DNA of 64,000 nucleotides from Microbotryum violaceum (lineage: Eukaryota). The notes under the pieces are model-generated. The model was not told the DNA's origin and did not search any database. It saw only the letters and a list, made by a program, of their open reading frames with translations. Positions 26,901-36,676 of the stretch are shown in pieces; position 1 is the first letter of the stretch; every line of letters starts with the position of its first letter. The stretch lies in the NCBI GenBank assembly GCA_001244265.2, contig LN717261.1, forward strand, positions 2,247,591 to 2,311,590, written 5' to 3'. A program made the position numbers and the translations under genes.

Positions 26901-28019
26901 AATCGACCCAGATTCTGGACAACTTACCGCTCGCTACCACAATCAAGTCGCTTGTGACTCTGTCGCCAACGGACGCTTTCTGGCAAAACGGTTTTTTCGT
27001 ACACGACACTGCGCCTTGGGCGATTGATACCGATGTTCAGAAAGGGATCAAGGCGGTTTTACTCAAAGCCAGGGCGGGAGAAGAGATTCTCCGGATCGGA
27101 GCTGAGGTTCGACAACTACTTGCGTGGCTCGAAGATGAGGACACTCGCTTTGTTAGGGTATCTCAGGCATGGGCAGAGGACCGAGGTGAGATGGACACAC
27201 CCTTTCTTTGTGTTGGTGCTGTACCTTACGTCGCCCCTTCTATTAGTTCCCGAAGAAACGCTCGAAGCGGCTAAGAAACTTCTCGGAACTGACGGCGCGG
27301 GCGAGGTTGGCACTGCGGTGTGGCATGTGCTTCAACGCCGGCAGATTTAGTTCAAAGAGCGTCTGGATCGGCTGGCCGAACGCGATGATCTCTCGGTTGT
27401 CTGGTTTAGAACGCGTTCACTCGCACTTCATGAATCGCGGCCCTCGGCATTTGGTTTGATCGGGGGACTTTTCGCCGGACGGGCGAAACAGGTGTCGCGC
27501 CATTCGCGCAGTAGTCCACGTCATTTCGGTCGCCGCCATTCGACGCTAAATAATACTCAAATGCAGAGCCCCATCGCTGAGTCGAGCCGCAGCTTATCAG
27601 GTCCCTCTGCCGTGGACGTGCGCCACACACCCATCGACCTCGACGCATTCCGAAGGGAACTTGGCCTGACCCCCGATCCAGCCGCGGAGCAGGCCGAGCG
27701 AGACCGTGATGACGTGTATGAAAGACGAATGGAAGAACTTTTGAGTTCACTATCGGAGCAGGAGGTCGAGGAAGAAGATGATGCTGAGTACGGGGAGGGC
27801 GACGGAGAGTCGGGCTCGACAAGCGTTGAAGACTCGGACGACCTCGAGATTCTCGACGGAGCCCATGGGCTAGCTAGGGATGGTTTGGCGCATTTGTTGA
27901 CTGTAGGTTATTTGTTATTGAAGGACTTTGCTTTTTTTATGCGGCCCATATCGCACATGGTGGAATGTGGACGCCAGTGCACAAAAGTAAAATGGATGTC
28001 AGCCTTAATGAGGCGTTGA
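23999..28019 (+). pseudogene. KDZ transposase with N-terminal CxC1-like cysteine cluster; intron-containing and probably disabled
   Basis: Motifs: CSC...DVYD; FCP...LAQIGLIGST..PRSAF; KCPACY; LDGNFQH; CADSWKAA; DTGLVVCVCRHDI; LGVLYDVACN; SVFHAFAHQWPCQLEYNPR; GLTDGEGCERVWSQL; APWAID..VQKGI; RAGEEILRI; acidic tail. There is an apparent frameshift near 24120 and an in-frame TAG at 27348-27350. The 3' end is uncertain. Confidence 0.9.
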
Positions 28020-28387
28020 CGCGTTGACCACGATCCCATGAGCCGGTCGCCACCGCCACACTCACCGAACTGCAGTACGTGACAAGCTTGAAGGTTCTGC
28101 TAAGTTGAAGACTAAAAATTGGTGCGCATCGGTGCTGACATTTGCAGGTTCAGGTTTGGGAACGTTGCCAGAGGGGGCGGGGGCGGTGAGGATTGGTGTT
28201 GCTGTAGTTGTTCTGTTCCAACAGCACCCCGAAGTGGGTCCAGACGCGTCCAACGGCGCTCCGTTGTACAGTGCTTGCGATAATATGTCAGCAAAAATCA
28301 ATGAAATACGTCACCGCATACCTACTCCGTTGACGTGATAGTTTATGAAGTCGGATATTGGTCCATCGGCCAAGGACATTGTAGGGG

Positions 28388-29028
28388 CTGTGTACTCCCG
28401 GGGGTACACACACACAGAGTCGGCGCGCGATAAGAGTGTAACCCCGGGGACCCGGCCTGTGCCGTCGACAAAGCTGTGTACTCCGGGGTACACAGTCATT
28501 CGGCGCGCAGGGTGTGATCACTCCCGGGGTACACAAGGCGCAAGCGGGGCCCCCCGGGAGTACACAGGCGCTTTCGGGCTTGCGCCTTGTGTACCCCCGG
28601 GGTGCCAAGCCGGTCACCGGTGGCAGATCACTGTATAATAACATGTCCGATTCTACACCGGCAGGCGGTTAATCCTTTCGGTAACTTCAGACACATCCTG
28701 GGCTTTGAGCGGGAGCGTGGAAGTTTGTTGTAATGCAGTTTCGCTCTGCTCGGTGGTTCGAACGGAGATTCAGTTAGAGAAGTGCATGGGCCTTGCGGGC
28801 TTTTCAGAGTGCAAGTCGGATGTAGCAAACGAATATTTCGTCGGTTTCGTCGCAGGAGGGTGTTCCATTCAGTAACTGCAGACACATCCTGAGCTCTGAA
28901 CGGGTGCGTGGAAGTTTGTTGTAGTGCAGTCAGCAAGGACGTCGGCGACGGACCGCGCCTGAGCCGTGGAACCCCGGGAGTACACAGCTGGAGAGGGCAC
29001 CGATCATGTGTACCTCCGGGGGTACACA
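28388..29028. repeat. Cluster of 8 full or partial GTGTAC(Y)CCCGGG(R)GTACAC palindromes, a hairpin with a ~27-bp stem, and an internal 59-bp direct repeat pair
   Basis: Copies are centred near 28399, 28445, 28484, 28525, 28555, 28598, 28975 and 29017. The inverted pair is 28519-28545/28578-28604. The direct repeats are 28681-28739 and 28872-28930. Confidence 0.93.
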
Positions 29029-29326
29029 CCGCCACGCCGGTTGTACAGTGCTTGTTAAGAGTGTCCTAGAATTGATGAAGCATGTCGTCGCATACCGCTT
29101 CCTCATTTCCGGAGGCGCGGGACTCTGTTGTAGTGTATCTACGCCCTGCCCTAAGGTTTAAGATTGAACTAGAATTTCCGCCTTCGGAGTGCGTTGTACC
29201 TCGGAGTGAATCATGATTGCAGAGCAGGATCTCCATTAACACAACATACAAGCTAGACAGCTACACACGCTCACGGAAAACTCGGGATGGTCATCGCCTA
29301 ACCGGTGAATTGACACTCATGGTGCC

Positions 29327-30774
29327 TCATGTCCCAGTATCCAGGCCGCGCTCCAGCTCGCTCAGGCTGGTCAGCTCGGAGAGGGCGGAGAGGTTGCTTT
29401 TGGCCTCCGAGCTGGCTGCTGATCCGTGGTCGGAATGTTGGCCGGTTGCCGAACTGTGTTCCAATATCGCGTCGTCCTCTCATGCCCCTGAGGTCGACGC
29501 GGCACCCTCTCCGCCGGACCCCTTCTTGCGCATCCAACGCTACACGTCTCTCTGTTTGCTCGACAGCGCCAACCACCTGTGCGCACACTCAACAATTCAG
29601 GAGTCCCAGATCTTCTTCCTTTCGGGCTCGAGGTCCGCATCGGTGGGCGGCTTGGGAGGTTCGGGAACGTGGACGAGCACCGTCGTTGCAAATCGTCTGA
29701 GCGCTGCTTGCCAGGTGCGATGTTCGCTTTCTAACTGATCCCGGTAATCGTCCGGGACACGTTTCCCGAGAAAAGGGCGGTACGCCTTTCGGATCCATCT
29801 TAAAAGGCGGTCACTCCCCCTCCTGGTCCTCGTCGGTCCTTACATCGTCCTCAGGGAGGGGGCGTTGGCACTCTTGGTACAGGGGTGAAAGGATTTCACT
29901 GAATAGGCGCAATTCCTCATGTTCAGCGGCAATGTCGACGGGGACGGTGAAGATGCGCGCGAGGATATCGTCGAAGTCTTGGATGCGGGTCCTATACTCC
30001 TTCAAAACTCTCGCGCTCCCTCCACCTCTCTTTCGCTTCTGGTTATCGTATGCATCGAACAACACGTTCCTCCAATGGATGAGCACGGTCAACAGGCTCC
30101 GAGGCAGACGTCCATTCGCTTTGTACCCTGCCCATTCATCCCAAACAGGCCACATGACGTAGTCGATCTCCTCCCGGACCTCATAGTCAAAATTTTCGAC
30201 GCCCTCAGGGATTGGGTCTTGAGTCATGATGTCTTTGGGTTCCATCACCAGCCGACGCGCCCTTTCCGCCGCCCACTCGTCGTGCCTCGCACGGTCCGCT
30301 TTCCCCGGCGCCTCCAACATGTCAAGCTTGGCCTGCAACTGCCGGCGGTATCTTTTCTTTAGGTGGCCAAAACCCTAATCAGATCAGATAAGTACATCAA
30401 CAAAGGTTTAGCCGAATTCCATATAGTTTGTTTCTGATCTCCTGGGAAAGCTGTCTAGCACTCACTGCTTGGACCTCACAGTCGGTACCGATCAGCTCAA
30501 ACGCCGCCTCGTTGCATCTGTACCGACTGTCGACCGTAGACGAATTGAACGCGCGCTTGTGTATACGAATGATTTTTTTGTTTTGGTTTCGTTTGGCCTC
30601 ATGTGCATGTTCCGGTGCTACAGTTGGTCCGTCGAGTGACCTGTACCCTCCAGGCAGCTTGTAGTGTCTGTTGCAAAGTTCACAACGGACACGCCATTGG
30701 CCGGACTCGTCACGGATGAGATGCGAGTCGATGTCGAGCCAAGCGCGCTCGCCCTCGGTGGCGCGTGGTGCCAT
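29327..30774 (-). pseudogene. Transposon cargo gene of unknown function with an N-terminal CxxC...H putative zinc finger; 3' part has stops and a frameshift
   Basis: MAPRATEGERAWLD...WRVRCELCNRHY...EHAH. A phase-0 GTGAGT..TAG intron joins EVQA to GFGHLKKRYRRQLQAKLD (ORF 29811-30338). The protein-like frame continues past several stops (KKIWDS*IVECAHRW...). Confidence 0.55.
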
Positions 30775-30836
30775 GTTGGAACTTGGAGTGGGGGTGAGGG
30801 GTGAGATCGGTGAGAGGGAAAGAGCAGTGTCCCAAT

Positions 30837-30857
30837 GTGTACCCCCGGGGGTACACG
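30837..30857. promoter_or_regulatory. Isolated perfect palindrome GTGTACCCCCGGGGGTACAC between divergent cargo ORFs; candidate operator
   Basis: The sequence is seen directly, about 60 bp from ATG 30774 (-) and about 90 bp from ATG 30949 (+). The regulatory role is inference. Confidence 0.55.
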
Positions 30858-30948
30858 TCGCGCCTCGCGTCACCTCACGTCACCGAGCGCGCGCGCTCTC
30901 CTCTCACAGCATCACCGACACCGCGCGCGTCACAGCCGATCCGATCCG

Positions 30949-31605
30949 ATGCCCTCAGCGAATCACGACAAGTTACAATCAGCGATTCTCTCTGCAGGAC
31001 ACAAAGGTCAAGGTCATCGAGTATTTGCACGAGACAAGATATACTGGCCACCTGGCACATTGCCTGTCCCAGACGGGAAGCAACTTGAATACGTAGTCGG
31101 CACCGAGCGCGTCGGACCTATATGGAAGCTTGCAGTGTATGCAAGCGACTCGGCCAACAACGAGCTTTGCTACTACGAAGTCATTGACGCCTCAGCACCA
31201 AGCTGCCACTATATCGATGCCGAGTTTACGCGCCCTTCCATTGACAATTCAGCAGAAAAGGCATTGATTACGCGTAATGCAGCGTCGTATCTCCCTGGCA
31301 CATATGGTCAGCTAGCCAGCTCGGACACCTTGCGATCTTGCGTCTGCAGGTCAGAACTGCCGAACTACCTTGTTCCCTGCTTCTGTTTTATATCTATTGT
31401 TCCAGCGTCAACGAACAATCTCGGCTTTCATTCTCACCGCGGGCACACCGTTTGGAGAACCCAACGCGAAGCGTGTTATTACGGACATTCTCGACAGCTT
31501 GAAGGTTCTGCTCTCACTTCGCCGGCGTCTCGGGGGTCCGAAGGGGTAGTCGGAGAAATTTGGGTGCTTTGCTGTTGTCACCCCCAAGCTCTGGGGCGAG
31601 CTTAA
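30949..31605 (+). CDS. Hypothetical cargo ORF divergent from 29327-30774
   Basis: Open frame MPSANHDKLQSAILSAG...IYWPPG...LEYVVG...WKLAVY...YYEVID. No family recognised, and introns are possible. Confidence 0.35.
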   Translation: MPSANHDKLQSAILSAGHKGQGHRVFARDKIYWPPGTLPVPDGKQLEYVVGTERVGPIWKLAVYASDSANNELCYYEVIDASAPSCHYIDAEFTRPSIDNSAEKALITRNAASYLPGTYGQLASSDTLRSCVCRSELPNYLVPCFCFISIVPASTNNLGFHSHRGHTVWRTQREACYYGHSRQLEGSALTSPASRGSEGVVGEIWVLCCCHPQALGRA

Positions 31606-31918
31606 CTGCAGTTTGACATTAGGTAGGATGCGTGAGTGCTTTATTTGGACATCCATTAAATGCCTGAATTGAATGTCCGGAGTAAAGTCTAAAACGTTAG
31701 GCGTCAGTAAATCTATTTGCTTTGCGATCAAAATCGCGTCGCATAATTGATCAACGGACGAATCAGCTAGTCAAGATGCGTGGAAACTTGTTGAATACCT
31801 CTTGCCACACATAGGTCAATATCACCTCAACGACTACAAACAGTTTGGCCATCTATCTCAACGCGCAATAGGCGCACCAACAATATACTGAACAACAGAA
31901 ATGTAGTCGGATTCGGAA

Positions 31919-33780
31919 TCAGGATGTTGCAGCTCCCAAATCAGCATCAGAATCGGAATTAGAATTAGAATCAGAACCAAGATCAGAAGCAGAAGCAGAA
32001 TCAGATCCAGAGACTTGGTCTTCTGGCTCCGTTTCCAACTGACCGGTTGTCACAGTACCTTCGGCACGAGTGCGGTCAAAAGAGCCCTGGCCTATCTCCT
32101 CTTTGAGTGAGAAAGTAAGGCCACCCTGTCGCATCAGAGGGATGATTCTTCTCAAATCCGCAACGGTCGGCTTCTTGCCATTTGTGGGACTGCGGAGATC
32201 ACGCTCTTGAAGACCATTTCCGAACTCGACAATAAGAGCGATTGGATCCTTCGCAAGAGTTGCCTGGTTATAACTCGTAAGCTTGGAAAGCACGTAGGGC
32301 TGAGTAGATCTATTTCTCTGGTGGTGACGACGGAGCGCTTGATCTGCACGGCCACAGATGTTCAGTACTAGGCTGCAAAATGTGGGCGCAGAGCCGTGGA
32401 ATGGTTGCTCACTATAGTGATCGCCGATTATGATGCTATACCATGCGCAGAGCACTCGTTGAGACGCCTTGTCAACATCGCCATGATTAGCTGCTCATCA
32501 GATTTTGGATTCAGCGCCAATCCAACACCGAGCACAAATTACGTCCTAAAGCTTGCTTGACAAACCCCGCATCTTATATTGTTCATTTTGCTCCTGATTA
32601 AACCGAGTGCCATTAACTCAATCCGTGAAGTTGACTAGAATATCTTTTTGCTGGTCAGAATCCCAGCCTTGGCGCCGCATGAAAGCTGCGCCGCCAAGCG
32701 TAGAAACGATAAAACGATCATTTTTGTTCTCGAGCTTGTTCGAGCTGACGATGACTAACGCGTCGAAGCCGTAGCCCTCAGCATACTGCTCAACCTAATT
32801 CGGTGCCGAGCTACGTAAGTCAGCAGGGGGAACTTGGCCTCTGAGGAGGCGGAAGCGGAGAGCCGAGTCTTCACGGACCAGCTCGTTCATCGCATTTTCG
32901 TATCTGCGCCGCAGTTTGGAGATGGTAGCAGAATCGATTCGCCATCGCTTGAGGGGCCGAGCGGTCTCCTTTCGATCACGCGCTTCACTTGCCCTCGCTT
33001 CCTTCCATTGTTCCCAGAGTTCTGGTGAGTTTTTGACTTGTTCCCAGTAGCGTGATCCAATCGCCTGTAGCGCAGAGAAGTCTTTCGGGACTTTGTAGGG
33101 GTCCGAGTGATGGATTTGTCTGTCAGAGTAGCGTCTTGTAATGGAGAGCAAACGGTTTCGGGATGAGTCAGGAAGGCAGACGCTACACTTACCCTCGAGT
33201 CCGTTCTTTTCGAGGAGACAACGGAAGAAGCGGCTGGTCTTGAAGTCATTCCAGTCGTTTCGGTCGTTGCTTCGAGTCGCAGGGGGCGTGTACGAGTCGA
33301 GATCGTCGTCCCGAACTCCATGCCGCAAACAGTATTGCATCTTTTCGAGGCGACGTTGCAAGTTATAAAGCACGTGGGTCTCCTTTTGCGACGATGACAG
33401 GCGCGAAGTCGAAGGCAACGCTCGAACGGCATCGTGGAGGGCTCGGATCTCATCCTGAACCTCTTCGATTCGATGACTCATTGAGTTGGACGAGTTGGAC
33501 GTGGTCGGCCTTGAGGCGAGCGTCGTGCTTCGTCCATCTTCCGCGATGCTGGAAGCAGAAATGTGGTGCTGTTGTGTCTGAACGGTCGCTGAGGACGACA
33601 GTACAGACCCCATTTCGGGGCTGCTGGTCGATTGCACCGAAGCATCTTCGGCGGTAACAACGAGGAATGAGGAGTAGGGTCAGCAGACAATAACAAAACA
33701 ATCAAGACACGAGGACGCGTCTCACGGTCGGGAGCGGCAAACGCTGACGCGTTACTGGGAGCAGACAGGAGAGGCAACAT
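31919..33780 (-). pseudogene. KDZ-element companion gene convergent with the transposase (helical, possibly HMG-like segment); contains in-frame stops
   Basis: The spliced reading is MLPLL...|...NDWNDFKTS...IGSRYWEQVK..PELWEQWKE...RRYENAMNEL|VEQYAEGYGFDALVIVSS...GGAAFM...NFTD*VNG...SKL*, then ORF 31919-32455 with an acidic S/D tail. Stops are at 32618-32620 and 32546-32548. Confidence 0.6.
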
Positions 33781-34178
33781 ATCGTATGGTCGGATGGCTT
33801 CGAGTCAAGATATACGACCGAAAGCGGAAGGGAACAGAAAGTAGTAAGACCAGGACTGTGATCGATAACGGCGCGTCAAGCGGCAACGCTATCGCTCGCT
33901 CGCGCTCAGGCTCGCTACGGCCGGTCTACCAGCGTGGTGAGATGGCACGTGACTTAACCACGTCCATCAATGCTACCTTATCCCCACCGCTAATGAGGTA
34001 ATGATGTAATGATGTTCTAATCGATCTTCTTCTCGCTACTAATCTAAAGAAGAAATTGACGATGAGTTTTCCGAATATGCTTTATACACAATGGCAGCAT
34101 TTATAAGATTGGATTACCCCGATACGAGCTCGCACGTACATGAGATGAACGTGTTGAAGGCCACACCAGCCTCCGTGC

Positions 34179-34314
34179 TGCGCTAGTCCTCGGGCCATCC
34201 AGCAACCCGGGTTGCAGTGGGGGCAACATGTATGGCTACGCCGCGCGGAAGTGAGGGTCGGAGGCGCGCTGCGTGCGCCACTTTTTAGCGTGCTTATATA
34301 TATAGCCAGAGGTG
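34179..34314 (-). repeat. Right terminal inverted repeat (136 bp)
   Basis: Reverse complement of 23696-23831. Confidence 0.97.
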
Positions 34315-34472
34315 TTAAGCCGTGCCTAATAAGCCTAATAAGCCAGCCAAGAGTCAGCCGAAGCCCGAAGCTCATGCTCATGAGCGATGATCGATGTTCG
34401 GGCGCGCTTCTGACTCTCACCACCTCCACCGTCTTACACCAACACCAACTCCAACTACTTTACTTTACAAAC

Positions 34473-36497
34473 ATGCCCGGACTCAAAGTGAGTTCGTCCT
34501 CGCCAAGCCGTTTCACCCACTCTATACGAGCGAGTGGTGGGCCCCTCTCTAGCCCCTTACCCCCCGCCCCCGCCTTACTCGGCAGCTGACCCAACGCGTT
34601 ACGCGTTACGTGTTACCCCGGTCGTCGTTGGGTGGTGCGCTTCTCCTTTGCAGGTCGCTCTTCTTGGTGCCGCTGGTGGTATCGGACAACCGCTTGCTCT
34701 CTTGCTCAAGCAGGTACGTTCTGTTCTACTCGACCAGTCCAGAGTAACGCTTCTCTGGTAACTGACGACGGTTGTTGGGTTCCCGCCGCGCTCCCGCTCT
34801 CCGCCCCGCTGCGACCGCCGCGTAGAACCCTGCCGTCACCGAATTGGCCTTGTTCGATGTCGTTCCCGTCGTGAAGGGTACGTCCAAAAGAGCACACGCT
34901 TGATTCATCAACTGCTGTGACTGACCCCCGTTACTCTTCCCCTCCTCCAGGTGTCGCTGCCGACATCTCCCACGTCGACAGTCCCGCGGTCACGACCGGT
35001 TATACCAAGGACGACGATGGACTCAAGCACGCCTTGAAGGATGCCCAGGTCGTCGTTATCCCCGCTGGTGTTCCCCGCAAGGTCAGTGGTTTTCTTTTGA
35101 TTCCCGCGTCGATGCACGCCTCCGTCATTCACCGCCAAAGTGGGCAGTGAGCGCCCCCGTGCCCGCCCGAACTGGTTGGAACCGCGTAGAGAGTCGATGG
35201 GTCACCATCTATCCCATCCCCGGAACTCCGAATTTCCTCCTCGGCTGGCCACAGAGCGTACAACCCCCATTCGAGAAGGCGCCTCTCCTGTAGTACTCGA
35301 CTGACTCTGTTCTTGCATCTACTACACTGCTCAATCACGTAAACTCTTGATGGCGACGCTCTTGGCGACCTCGTAGCCCGGCAGTGAGTGATCACCACAA
35401 TCAGCATCCCGAGCAGCCTGCGCCTAGAACTGCCCTGAATACACAATCGATTCGCAGTGACCCGCGATGACTTGTTCAACATCAACGCCGGCATCGTTCG
35501 CGACCTCGCCACCGCCATCGCCGAGGTCTGCCCCCAGGCTTTTGTCTGCGTAAGTGATCTATCGGCGACACCTTCCTGTATGGACCACCAGACCTGACTC
35601 ATCTCATTGACATTGCGCGCGATTCAGATCATCTCCAACCCTGTCAACTCGACGGTGAGTGTCGAAAGTGAGACCTACGTCCCCTCATCAATTGAAACTC
35701 ACCACGAATTCGTCCTCTTGGTCACAGGTCCCTATCGCTGCCGAGGTCTTCAAGAACGCCAACGTCTTTGACCCCAAGCGGTGAGCACAACACTCCACTG
35801 TCACTATTAAAAATCTATGGCCGCCCAACTCACACCTGTTTTCTCACAGCGTCTTTGGTGTCACCACGTTGGACGTCGTTCGATCGTCGACCATGACGGC
35901 CCAAGCGATCGGTGAGCCGACCCATGGTCCCAAGTACAAGATCCCGGTCATCGGTGGTCACTCGGGTGTGACGATACTACCCCTCCTCTCGCAATCCGCG
36001 CCCGCCTTACCTTCCTCGCTCTTGAACGACCAAGACAAGTTGTCCAAATTGATCACCCGAATCCAACAAGGTGGTGACGAAGTAGTTCAAGCTAAAGCCG
36101 GTGCAGGATCCGCTACTTTATCGATGGCTTATGCTGGATACAAGTTCGTCGAGAGGTTAATCGAAGCCGCTTTCAAGGGAAAGAAGGGAGTGATTGAACC
36201 TACGTACGTTTACGTCAAGGATGACGCCAAGTTGCAAAAGGAGATTGGAACGCCTTTGGATTTCTTCGCCGTTCGTGTCGAATTGGGTCCCAATGGGGCT
36301 GAAAAGTTGTTACCTTTGGGTTCGATGAGTGAATTCGAGAAGGGCTTGATGAAAGCCGTGACCGGTGAATTGGGAGGTTCGATCACGAGTGAGTTGAGAG
36401 TGGTTCGTCCTTCGGGATTGGCTTACCCTTCGGATGGCTGATGGCTTTCGAGGTTCTCGTCGTCGCAGAGGGTGTCGAGTTCATCTCCAAGCTTTAG
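34473..36497 (+). CDS. MDH: NAD-malate dehydrogenase with C-terminal SKL (peroxisomal/cytosolic type), many short exons
   Basis: [83 protein letters not shown]. The last exon gives KGVEFISKL*. No mitochondrial presequence. Confidence 0.96.
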
Positions 36498-36676
36498 ATT
36501 ACGCTTTGCGATATCTTGCTACTTCTGCCTTTGCGTTCTTTGTTCAAAACAAAACTCCATCTGTCTTTTTCCCCAAAATAAAACCCCCTTGGAATGTGAT
36601 ATAAATCAAATCAACACCGAAAATCTCATTTTTCCTCAAAAAGTCACCCCACCCTTCTTCCAAGCAAAACCCAGGC

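Larger units (their letters stand above)
23696..34314. mobile_element. 10.6-kb TIR DNA transposon of the Kyakuja-Dileera-Zisupton (KDZ) class with companion and cargo ORFs
   Basis: 136-bp TIRs (CACCTCTGGCTATATATATAAGCACG... and its reverse complement ending ...GCCAGAGGTG) enclose a CxC-KDZ transposase. No target-site duplication is evident (flanks GCTCG / TTAAG). Confidence 0.92.

Noticed and set aside
28388-29028. CRISPR array
   Set aside because: The context is eukaryotic, no cas genes are present, and the repeats vary in length, completeness and spacing.
23696-34314. TET/JBP dioxygenase cargo
   Set aside because: It is expected near KDZ elements, but no HxD...H 2OG-Fe(II) pattern was recognisable in the internal ORFs.
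23581-34429. Paralogous ORFs 23581-23973 (+) and 34082-34429 (-) sharing PLAIYISTL...CNPGCWMARG
   Set aside because: They are only translations of the two TIRs.
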